Made by a program: the position numbers and the translations under genes
Shown here: one piece after another, positions 37,783-49,317 of the stretch
Position numbering within the stretch: the first letter of the stretch is position 1
How the letters are laid out: every line of letters starts with the position of its first letter
The notes under the pieces: generated by a model
What the model saw: the letters and a program-made list of their open reading frames with translations, nothing else
Databases searched by the model: none
What the model was told of the DNA's origin: nothing
Source of the DNA: Malacoraja senta
Lineage: Eukaryota
Length of the DNA: 64,000 bases
Assembly: GCA_038087875.1 (NCBI GenBank)
Contig: JAXLNO010000395.1
Span: 62,001 to 126,000, forward strand
Direction of reading: 5' to 3'

Positions 37783-40700
37783 GCTTTCTTTACCCATTTG
37801 TTTCCTCCCTCTCGTAAACCTCTGTAATTAATTTTAAACGAATTCACCTGATGGTCTGCGTGATAATAGTGGGCAGGAGAGACTTCACCTGCACTGTGTG
37901 ACTGAATGAATCTATGTCTGTCTGACTCTTATGTCCTTTTCCATTCACCTGTTTTTATGAGTTTTAGCATTTCAGCCTTTCAGCCTTATCACACAGCAAG
38001 ATTCCATTGACTTGCTGTTTTGTGATCAGCTTGCATTTTCATGCAACCCAAACAGTCTTTACACAGGAGGACGAGGAGAAATTATTTTGCTCATTCAAAA
38101 TTGAAGATTCTAAATCAACTCCATTCCTTCTCTCCAGAGATGTGGCCTATCCCACTGAGTTACTCCAGCTTTTTGTGTCTATCCTCACTATAGTAATGGT
38201 TTAGAGAGGCCATGGGTGATCTCACCATCAAGTTATTTACCAATTAATTTGCCTAAATTGAACTGTGCTTTGATACTTTCCAGAGTTTGTTGAGGTTATT
38301 TAAGTATGTAGAGAGGTGCAGGAGATCCTGAAGGAGTTTATTATGACTTGATCATTCCAGCATGAATTCAATAAGTTTTTACTTCTTACAGTATGGTAAT
38401 AATGGCATGACTCTAAGGTGTTACAGATGTAAATTAGGGATCATGTTCTATTTTTGGTGCTTACATAGGGTGATTTTTCATTGCCTTTTAATATTCAGGT
38501 TTCCCATTCTTTATTTTAATTTAATAGAAAATAGATCTTCAGATCTCTACGAGAATTTTGATTTTTGAAACCAAAATGAAAGCAAATTGATTTCTCCAAT
38601 CCAAACTACCACTTATATTTTTGTTCAGTTTTTTTTTTGGTTAAACTTTTCTTTAAAGAATGTTCAACATGAAAGGATTTAAATACAAGGAAAGTCATAA
38701 AAGTAATACCATTGCTTCGTCCTTTGGTAGTTGCTTTATGATAAAAGAACGACAACCATTTTACAAAAAGACACACGTTATATTTCAAGTTCAAGGATTA
38801 TTTGTATCATTGACGTGCAGGGAAAATCTGAACCTTTGAAGTACAAAGTAAGGCATTTGAGATATGCTCATATATTTGTTGCAATTAACAAATTTCATTC
38901 ATCTGAGTTAAGCATTATGCACAATATTCTATTTACCGCAACAAACACATATTTTGCTTAAAAAAAAAAAATTTAACTGTCACCTTATGTTTCAGAAAAG
39001 GAGTAGCTTTGTGTTGGCAACATTTAATAATGGAGTCTATAGCAGAATTAATATTTCAGGTTAATGGCCTTTTATAAGAACTTGTGATATATCATCTTCA
39101 ACCAAAATCATGAACTTTTGCCTGCCCAACTGTGCATTTACAATATTTACTTCTTACCTTTCAAATTCAGGTTTGGATTGGATTTTTTTATTGTCAAATA
39201 TATCAGGATGCAATGAAACTCCTTGTTCCAACGAAGCTCAGAGAGTAAATAGTATACGTATAGTAAAACAATATGATGATGAGTGCAAAATAGCATCATG
39301 GCATAGGATTGTGGTGCAATCTGAAGTAGTGCAAAAAAGATAAGTAAAATAATGGAATAACCACATTGAGTTAAGAGTAAGAGTAAGCGGCAGCACTTTT
39401 GGGTAGGGGATGGGAAAGAGGTGATTGTTTCAGAAGACAATTAGCTGTGGGAAAGAAATTCTTCTTAAGTCTGGACTTCTGGCTTATTAAACTCTGGTAT
39501 CTTCTCCCAGAAGGTGAAAGAGAGAAAAGGGAATAGCTATGGTGTCAGGCATCTTACACAACACTTGCGCTTTCCTGATACAATGCATTGTGAAGATGGG
39601 TTGGATGAAAGGAAGTGACAAGCCTCTGATTGTCTGGTCTCTATTCATGTCACAGTGGGTTAAGGTGGACAAGAGCAGAGCAGTTGCCATCCCAGGCTGA
39701 GATGCATTCCATCAGATTCATTTTATAATGCCTCTGTAGAAGTTCAAGAGAAAACTTGTGGACATGATGTATCTTCTCAGATGCCTATGAAAGTAAATAT
39801 GCCAATATGCCTTCCCAATCACTGCATATGGTTGCCTAGAAAATTGAAGCTAACTACAATCTCTACATCAGCTTCATTGATGAGGACAGTGTTGTGATCA
39901 CCCCCTTGCTTCCTTTGGTCAAAAACCACCATTCAATCACAGCTGATCTATCTTTCCCTATCAACCCATTCTCCTGCCTTCTCCCCATAACCCTGACACC
40001 CATAATAATCAGGACTCTGTCTTAAAAATCCACAATGACTTGGCCTCCACATCCTTCTGTGGCAATGAATTCCACAGATCCACCACCCTCTGAATAGAGA
40101 AATCATAACCATGAATAGCATCCAGATATACGGTGCTCTTAATGTCACTGATTCAGAGCTGAATATAGTGCAAGAGAGGTGGGGTCTTCCAGAGACCTAT
40201 TTTTCCTTCATGTAAATTGCAAGGAGTAAATTGTATTCTGAAATATCAAGTTTGGCATCAAATCTGGATTGCTCTGTGAATCCTGTGCACCTCAAGAGCT
40301 CACGGGGTGCACGCGTTCACACTTGTGGCAATGTGAGGTCCAGGTTCACCATGTGCACGCACAAGTATCATGTGCAAGTTTGAAAGCAATTTGCTTCAGA
40401 AAATGTGCGCTACTGTGTCAAACGATGTTACCATAATGTCGTATTATAAAATATTTTACAATTCATAAAGATCTTATTGTTCCTTTCCTCGCTTATCAGT
40501 TGAGTAGCGCTTGCACATAAAATTGTGTTGTTAAGATTACAACACTGTCAAATACATCTGTCTTCATAATTAGAGCATGGTTGCTGACATTTATGAATTG
40601 CACAAAAATTGCTACATTACATGCAGCATGACCATTTATGTTTGTGAACTCCTTTAGTGCAAGGTCAGTTGCAATTATAATTTTCAACCTGAGAGACCTT

Positions 40701-43700
40701 TATTCCAAACCTGTTCATCTCCAGCTGATTTGACAATTGTTACATCTCAAGTTACAAAAAATATCGCATCAATAAACCTTCGACAGTGTAAATCAGTGTG
40801 TCAGCAGGACTGAAGCCAAAGTTGAGAAGCAGGTTTAATGGCAATACTTAGCTGAGCTGGTGTGGTACTCAGGCACAGGGAATAGTACGTATGCTCTACA
40901 TTTATTTTTCTGGGGAAAAAGACAAATGTAATAAATCCTAATCTTAGTCTCCTGTTAAATTCACAAGACCTCTTTTGTTGTTGTTAAACTTTGTTCCTTG
41001 GCAGAACCATATGTTTCAATTACTTTATGAGGGATACAATGCACATCAGGAACAATATATTACAAAGCAAGAAAATTATGAAAATCTTTATTTAATCCAC
41101 TGGTTTGATCTTTGCTGATTTACTGCGTCCAATTCTTGGCCCAACACATTAGGAAAGATGTAAATATCTAACAATGGTGCAGGTTTGGCGAGTCGAGACA
41201 GTCGGGTATAACAAAGTTCTTTATTTCTAAACAAAAATAAAATGATTACCCGAGTCAATATTGACAGCCAAAATAAACGATGCTCACTCCAACTCGCTCG
41301 AATGAATGATTTTACAGAAAACCCGCGAAAAAGCTCCCCCACTCACGTGACCACGCTAGCCAATAGCGAGGGTTCGACATTACCAGGGCCCCCTAGAACC
41401 CGAGGTACAGAACCGAGCAGGAGGCTGGACACGGCGACTGTAACGCGTGGTAACAACGGACGGAGCTGGCGATATAGGTGGGGCTGGCAGAACAGAGCCA
41501 GGGGACCGTAACAGTGCAGGGGGAACCAAAACAACAGGTGAGAGGGGAACAGGCACAACAGGTGCGAATAGACCGGCCAGCAGACGGCCCCTACGCCGAG
41601 GCTGCGCCACAACCACCGGGCTGTTGACATCCAGGTGGGCCGGCTTAAGTCGAGCGACGGAGACGCTCCTCTCTGCCCCCGACGTCCAACAGGAAAGTCG
41701 CGACGCAGGGGCGCAACACCCGGAACGGACCCTCGTAGATTCGCTGCAGTGGGGATCGATGCGAATCCCTGCGGATAAACACAAAAGAGCATGTTCTTGA
41801 GGTCCGGCGGCATGTGCACTGGGGCAGTCCCATGCCGCGAGGTAGGAACCGGAGCCAGGCCGCCCACTGTCTCCCGGAGACTCGCCAAAACCGCTGGGGT
41901 AGACTCCGGCTGCTCTCGAACTACAGGGAGGAAATTCCCGGGCACCCGCAAAGTCGAGCCATACACCAACCTGGCGGACGATGTATCTAAGTCCGCTTTA
42001 GGGGCTGTGCGGATGCTTAACAGCACCCAAGGCAACTGGTCGACCCAGTCCGGACCCGTGAACCGTGCCTTCAGTGCCGATTTCAGGTGGCGGTGGAATC
42101 GTTCCACTAGCCCGTTGGCCTGGGGGTGATAGGCGGTGGTGTGGTGCAGCTGGGTCCCGTATAATTTTGCCAGCAAAGTACACAATGAGGACTTAAACTG
42201 AGCCCTCCGGTCGGTGGAAATGTCTGCCGGAACCTCGAACCGAGCAATCCAGTGGGCCGCAAGAGCCCGGGAACAAGATGCGGCGGTGTCCGACAGCCTC
42301 AGGCCACATCGTAAACCGATCCACAACCATGAGGAGATGCGTGGCACCACGGGACGGTGGTAACGGTCCCACTAAATCCACATGGATGTGTTGGAAATGG
42401 CCCGAGGGAACCGCAAAGTCTTCCACTGGGGCCTGCACCTTGAACCTTGGATGTCTGGCAGGGGATGCAGGATCTAGCCCAAGCCGCAACCTGTTTGCGG
42501 AGGCCCTGCCAGACAAATTTGTCCACCACCAGCGCGGAGGTTGCCCGAATTGAAGGGTGGGCCAGGCCATGGATGGCGTCGAAAATCTGGCAGTGCCAAC
42601 CCGCGGGAACAATAGGGCGTGGGCACCCGGTGGAAACATCGCACAGCAGCAATGCTCCTGTGGGACCGAACGGAATGTTGGCCAACTGCAACCCTGAAGC
42701 GGCCGTCCTGTAGACATCCATCCCGTCGTCCGAGCTCTGTGCTGCAGCAAACTCCACGTAATCTACACCATGGTCCACGGCCGCTACAGCTGGGAGGGCC
42801 GGGCGGGACAGGGCGTCGGCAACCGTGTTGAACTTCCCAGCCACGTGCTGTACGTCCGGTTGCTGTCGAGCGGACCAGTGGTCTGGCACCTTGGCCAAGA
42901 CAAACGTTAATGGCTTGTGGTCAGTAAAGACCGTGAACGGCCTGCCCTCCAGGAAGTATCTAAAGTGATGGATGGCCAGGTACAGGGCAAAGAGCTCCCA
43001 GTCGAACGCGCTGTAGTTGCGCCCCGGAGGCCTCAGCTGACGGCTGACAAAGGCTAGCGGCTGACAGCGGCCGTCAATGAGCTGCTTCAACACCCCACCC
43101 ACGGCCATATCGGAGGCGTCTACCATGAGAGCAGTCGAGGCTGTAGCCCGCGGGTGTACTAGCAAGGTGGCTTTGGCCAGCGCCTCTTTTGCACTGTCGA
43201 ACGCAGCCTCGGCCTCGGTGGACCACACGAGGTCCCATGGCTTACCAGCGAGGCACTGAAAGAGGGGCCGCATGATCCTGGCAGCTGCTGGCACGAAACG
43301 ATTGTGGAAGTTAACCATGCCGACAAACTCCTGCAGCCCTTTGACAGTGAGCGGCCGGGGGAACTACCTTAGTGGGTAATGAGGTGGCGCCCTGTGAGGT
43401 AACGTGATGCCCCAGGAATGAAATTGCGCGGAGGCCGAACTGGCATTTGGCGGGATTGACTACGAGTCCATGGTCCTGGAGCCGCTGGAGCAGCAGCTGC
43501 AGGTGTTTGAGCTGTTCCTGTTGGGAACGGCTCGCAACCAGGATGTCATTAAGTAGATGAAAACAAAGTTCAATCCTCTACCCACCATGTCCAACAGTCT
43601 CTGGAACGCCTGTGCGGCGTTTTGTAAGCCAAAAGGCATACGGAGCCATTCGAACAGCCCAAATGGGGTGATGATGGCAGTCTTTTGGACATCGTCTGGG

Positions 43701-43710
43701 TGTTCCGGAA

Positions 43711-44560
43711 GTGGCGGCGCTGTCGTACAGCAGCGGCTCGCCTGCAGTCCGTCTGTTTTTAATTTTTTTGTTGTTTTCTTTTGTCCTGTTTTAGTTACAT
43801 TTTAATTTATTGGGTTGTGTATGTGTGGGGTGGGGGTGTGAAACATGACTTTTGTCTCTTCCTTCGTGGGAATGCGACTTTTTCTTGTTGTATCCCCCTT
43901 CTCTGCCTCCGTCTGCGCTGAGGCCTAATGGCGGAGCTGCCGGCCTCCAACTCCAACTGCAAGCGACCGACCGACCTCGAGGCTCCGGAGGCAGAGCCAG
44001 GACTTACCAGCGCGGGGCTGGCCTGCTTCGGGGCTGCGGTGGCGTTCCGGCGGTGGCGACCAAAGACACTGGTGGCGACCTGAATCCGGGGCTCGGCCGC
44101 GGGCCCAGTGGACGACATCTTCGGGAGCGCGCAGGTCACAGGTTGGTGACCTGTTTTTCTGGGGCTCCCGCAACTACAGCTGCGTCCGCTGGACTGGAGG
44201 GTGGCAGCTTCGGCAGCCTCCGCCAACCCGGGCCGCGGAGTTTGAACTGGCCCGTCGCGGACGGAGCACGGATTCAGCCGCGGGATTGCCTTACTTACCA
44301 TCACCCGGTGGGGTCACAACATCAGAAGCCTGGATCACCTCAGCGCAGAGGGAGAACAAGGAGGGAAGAGACAGAGACTTTAAGACTTTTGCCTCCATCA
44401 CAGTGAGGAGGTGCCTGGTGAACTCACTGTGGTGGATGTTAATTTGTGTTTATTGTGTGTTTTGTTATTTATTATTATATGTATGACTGCAGGCAACGAA
44501 ATTTCGTTCAGACCGAAAGGTCTGAATGACAAATAAATGAATCTCTCTAATCTCTAATCT
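43711..44560 (+). mobile_element. ~850-bp non-coding retroposon inserted in the Gypsy RT
   Basis: Interrupts the RT motif GYHQI|PEHPDDVQKTA. It has a GC-rich body, 3' hairpin TTCAGACC-GAAA-GGTCTGAA, AATAAA and a TCTAATC-type repeat tail. Confidence 0.75.
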
Positions 44561-45280
44561 GATGATAACCGCGGACCAGGTCCAACTTCGAAATAAAGGT
44601 AGCTCCTTCCAGATGAGCTGAGAAGTCCTGGATGCATGGTCCACGGTCGTAACGGTGTCCATGGGCTATCCTAGCGCCATATGATCCCATGTCCTCCATG
44701 TTTGAACTCTTCCTAGGCGATGCGCAGCTTGTCGGGCGGGAGCCGGCGCGACCGAGCGTGTAAAGGCGGTCCCGTGGTGGGGATATGATGCACTACCCCT
44801 TGAGGGTCGCCACGCGGAAACAGGGAGTGAGTAGCTCTGGGCGCTCCGCATGCAGGGAGGCCTACGATCCCTCGACCTGAGCCATCACGTTCAGCTGCGG
44901 GCTGGGGGGTTCCGCGGGGCTGGGGCCTGCCGGTGGAATGAGGCGCCCACCCCATACGTCCACAAGGAGTGAAAAAGCCTGAAGGAAGTCGGCGCCCAGC
45001 AACGGCTGGGCCACGTCCGCAACGGTAAAGGTCCAGTCGTATGGCCGGGAATCGATGTTGAGGGATAGGGTCCGTGTGCCATAGGTGCGGATAGTACTAT
45101 GGTTGGCGGTAGTCAGGACAGGGCCTCGCTTGCCAGCATGGGTGTCCAACCCAGTCGGGGGGAGGATGCTGACAATAGCCCCTGAGTCGACCAGGAAACA
45201 AAGTCCTGAATGGCGGTCTCGCACGTAGAGGCGGTTGATTTGGCCGATCGCGACAGCCCCTACTGACGATCGACCGAGGC

Positions 45281-45287
45281 GTTTCCC
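45281..45287 (-). promoter_or_regulatory. -1 ribosomal frameshift slippery site G GGA AAC at the gag/pol junction
   Basis: The gag frame reads GCG GGA AAC and stops 6 codons later (...FAGNASVDRQ*). The -1 frame continues into protease (GKRLGRSSVGAVA...FLVDSGA). Confidence 0.7.
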
Positions 45288-45981
45288 GCAAACGTGCAGG
45301 GGGGGTGGCACCGGCGGGCACCACTGCCGCTAACCCCGGTCTCCGGCGGGCGGCTGCGGCGCAGCGACGGTAGCAGAGGTTCAGGTATCTCTGCGGGGCA
45401 GTTGGCGTACGGGCACGTACAGCCGGTGGATCACCCGCCGTCCTGCTGTTTCGTGAGCTACAATTCATTGGCCCGCTGGGTGAGCTGCATAGGGTCCGAC
45501 CCGGCGAGCAGCAGGCAGATGTTGCGGGGCATTCGCTCTAGAAACGCCTGCTCAAAAAGCAGGCAGGGTTGATGGCCATCCATCAACGCGAGCATCTTAC
45601 TCATCAAGGCGGATGGTTTCCGATCGCCTAGGCCGTCCATGTGGAGCAGGCGGGCGGCGCGATCTCGGCGGCTGAGCCCGAAGGAACGGAGCAGTAGTGC
45701 CTTGAGGCCCTCGTACTTGCCGATGGCCGGCGGGTCTTGTAGGTAGGGCAGCAACCACGTGGCCGTCTCTTGGCTGAGCGCCCCAACCACGTAGAAATAT
45801 TGGGTGGCGTCGGCAATGATATTTCGAAGGTGGAACTGGGCCTCTATGTGGGCGAACCACACTTGAGGCTGCTCTGCCCAGAAAATGGGCTGTTCCAGGC
45901 CCACGGTGTTTTGCTGGGGGAGCTGGGCAACGGGGATGGTGGCAGCTTGCAGGTTGAGAGTCCGAGTACCGATCAGACTAA

Positions 45982-45992
45982 CGGGGTCACCA
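45982..45992 (-). promoter_or_regulatory. Primer-binding site complementary to tRNA-Trp 3' end
   Basis: TGGTGACCCCG lies one base inside the 5' LTR boundary. Confidence 0.85.
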
Positions 45993-46642
45993 GTTTGGCG
46001 AGTCGAGACAGCCGGGTATAACAAAGTTCTTTATTTTTAAACGAAAATAAAGTGATAGAGTCGTTATTGACAGCCAAAATAAACGATGTTCAATCCAACC
46101 GCGTGGAGCTCGAATGAATGATTTTACAGAGAACCCACGAAAAAGCTTCCCCACTCACGTGACCGCGCTAGCCAATAGCGAGGGTTCGACATTACCAGGG
46201 CCACCACTAGGTGCCGCTACACAGGGTACATTTATTATAATAAAATTTGTGATGAAAACTTACTGCTTTGCTCAGCTTCAAGCAAAACATGCTAGTATGG
46301 AATCAAACCCAAGAAAGCAGCTTCCTGTGTCACAATTCAGCATCTGGTGACATGTCTACTGCAGAAGTAGATTTGATTCCCTTCAGCAGCACCGTTTGTT
46401 CCATTGTGACCTTTTTTATGTTATGAAATAAAATTTTAGAAGAAGATTTCAATCATCAACCACTGTCAGTTTCATAAGATCCTGTTATAGGAGCAGAATT
46501 AGACCATTCGGCCCATCAAGTCCACTCTGCCATGGGTGATATATCTTTCCCTCTCAAACCCATGCTCCTGCCTTCTCTCCATAACCCCTGGCACCCGTAC
46601 TAATCAAATTATTCATAATAATCAGTTTGATGTTAAACAAAG

Positions 46643-46743
46643 TGCAACTCTTCACTCACAGCCTTATCTTTTTATTTTGCTTATTCCAGAAATTAGTCTA
46701 GAATAAGCAAAATAAAAAGATAAGGCTGTGACTGAAGAGTGCA
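46643..46743. repeat. Near-perfect ~47-bp-arm inverted repeat
   Basis: CTCTTCACTCACAGCCTTATCTTTTTATTTTGCTTATTC..GAATAAGCAAAATAAAAAGATAAGGCTGTGACTGAAGAG with a ~6-nt loop. Confidence 0.9.
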
Positions 46744-46920
46744 ACAGTTTTGAACCAGTAATTCTTTTAGGCTTACTCATTTTATTATTATCAAATGTTA
46801 GTGACTCTATTTCTAGTATGTTCATTTTCATCCATTACCAATTGAGCTATCTTTAGAACATAAATTTGCGATGTCCAAATTTTAACACTTTCTTCACACA
46901 TGAGAAATAACTAAATGATT

Positions 46921-48550
46921 CAGGAAGTGGTGTTAGGTAAATTGAATGGATTAAAGGCCGATAAATCCCCAGGGCCGGATAAGTTGCATCCCGGAGTACT
47001 TAAGGAAGTAGCCGCAGAAATAGTGGATGCATTAGGGATAATTTTTCAAAACTCTTTAGATTCTGGAGTAGTTCCTGAGGACTGGAGGGTAGCTAATGTA
47101 ACCCCACTTTTTAAAAAGGGAGGGAGAGAGAAAAGGGGGAATTACAGACCAGTTAGTCTAACATCGGTGGTGGGGAAAATTCTGGAGTCTGTTATTAAAA
47201 ATGGGATAGCAGCACATTTGGAAAGTGGTGAGTTCATTGGACAAAGTCAGCATGGATTTATGAAAGGTAAATCATGTCTGACGAACCTTATAGAATTTTT
47301 CGAGGATGTAACTAGTAGAGTGGATAAGGGAGAACCAGTGGATGTGTTATATCTGGACTTTCAGAAGGCTTTCGACAAGGTCCCACATAAGAGATTAGCA
47401 TACAAACTTAAAGCACATGGTATTGGGGGTTCAGTATTGATGTGGATAGAGAACTGGCTGGCAGACAGGAAGCAAAGAGTTGGAGTAAACGGGTCCTTTT
47501 CAGAATGGCAGGCAGTGACTAGTGGGGTACCGCAAGGCTCAGTGCTGGGACCCCAGCTATTTACAATATATATTAATGAACTGGATGAGGGAATTGAATG
47601 CCACATCTCCAAATTTGCGGATGACACGAAGCTGGGGGGCAGTGTTAGCTGTGAGGAGGATGCTAGGAGGCTGCAAGGTGACTTGGATAGGTTGGGTGAG
47701 TGGGCAAAGGCATGGCAGATGCAGTATAATGTGGATAAATGTGAGGTTATCCACTTTGGTGGCAAAAACAGGAAAGTAGACTATTATCTGAATGGTGGCC
47801 GATTAGGAAAAGGGGAGATGCAACGAGACCTGGGTGTCATGGTACACCAGTCATTGAAAGTAGGAATGCAGGTGCAGCAGGCAGTGAAGAAAGCAAATGG
47901 TATGTTAGCATTCATAGCAAAAGGATTTGAGTATAAGAGTAGGGAGGTTCTACTGCAGTTGTACAGGGTCTTGGTGAGACCACACCTGGAGTATTTCGTA
48001 CAGTTTTGGTCTCCTAATCTGAGGAAAGACATTCTTGCCATAGAGGGAGTACAGAGAAGGTTCACCAGACTGATTCCTGGGATGGGAGGACTTTCATATG
48101 AGGAAAGACTGGATAGACTCGGCTTGTACACGTTGGAATTCAGAAGACTGAGGGGGGATCTTATAGAAACTTACAAAATTCTTAAGGGGTTGGACAGGCT
48201 AGATGCAGGAAGATTATTCCCGATGTTGGGGAAGTCCCGAACTAGGGGTCACAGTTTAAGGATAAGAGGGAAGACTTTTAGGACCGAGATGAGGAAATCA
48301 CTTTTTACACAGAGAGTGGTGAAGCTGTGGAATTCTCTGCCACAGAAGGTAGTTGAGGCCAGTTCATTGGCTATATTTAAGAGGGAGTTAGATGTGGCCC
48401 TTGTGGCTAAAGGCATCAGGGGGTATGGAGAGAAGGCAGGGATGGGATACTGAGTTGGATGATCAGCCATGATCATATCAAATGGCGGTGCAGGCTCGAA
48501 GGGCCGAATGGCCTACTCCTGCACCTATTTTCTATGTTTCTATGTTTCTA
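46921..48550 (+). mobile_element. CR1 LINE, 5'-truncated, RT frame uninterrupted
   Basis: ORF 46915-48453 (512 aa) has all RT motifs, followed by a (TTTCTATG)n tail. Confidence 0.95.
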
Positions 48551-49317
48551 ACTGTTCTGATTGGTAATGCATGAATGTGAGAGCGGTGGTATAAGTTTCA
48601 CCATATATATCCAAGGGAAAATTTAAGAAACACTTGAAAAAACATATTTTGCAGTGGTCTGTGAAAGGAGCAAGTGGGTCTAATTGGATGGCTCTATGAA
48701 GATGTTGCAAGGATAGAGATCCTGCGGGAAATCTGTGCTTCCTTCACATTCTAAGAGTAGAGCGATGTAGCCCTGGGGAGCCAGTTTGGAGAAGACCAAC
48801 TCTTCCACCTTCCTCACAATTAGGCTAGGTTGTGGATAATTGTCTCTCATTGCCTCACAGGTCGCGGAACAAACTCCAAAGGAATCTTCTTGGGATCGAA
48901 AAATGCTACTCAGTGGAATTCACTTCCATTGTTAATGGTTGAAGCAGAAACAGGGGCAAGCTTAACTAAGCCCATCCAACACGACGGAAAGTAGTGGAAG
49001 GTTAAGTGGCCCCAGTTTCAAAACCCTGTGGAGACTTGATGGTTTTCAATGCACTCAGCTGAGCAGGCAGCAAAGATGCCTGACTAGATCTGATTACTAG
49101 CAGCAGAATGGCCTGAGCAGGAATACACTGAGCTCCCTAACAGGTGAACAGTTTGGGAAAGAGGATCAAAAATCCATTCTTAAAATGTTTTGTTTTCATT
49201 ATGGGAACTTTAGCTTAATTTGCTCTTAGTGCAGCCAACAAAAACAGCAATCAGCATTTATTGAGCTATTCTGATGTAATGGATTGTTATTTAGACTATC
49301 TTCTTCTTCTATTAATA

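Larger units (their letters stand above)
41184..46221 (-). mobile_element. Full-length Gypsy LTR retrotransposon (CsRn1-like), decayed
   Basis: LTRs at 41184-~41391 and 45994-46221, 4-bp TSD CAGG (41180-41183 / 46222-46225), gag (FWAEQPQVWFAHIEAQF), protease (FLVDSGA), RT, RNase H (MVDASD, FTDHKPL) and integrase (HVDLVGPLP, TTAYHPQANGLVERFHR). Confidence 0.93.

Noticed and set aside
36600..41150. Host exons or conserved non-coding elements in AT-rich unique-looking DNA
   Set aside because: Only short random ORFs and old CR1, Rex and Penelope fragments were recognisable. Conservation cannot be judged from one sequence.
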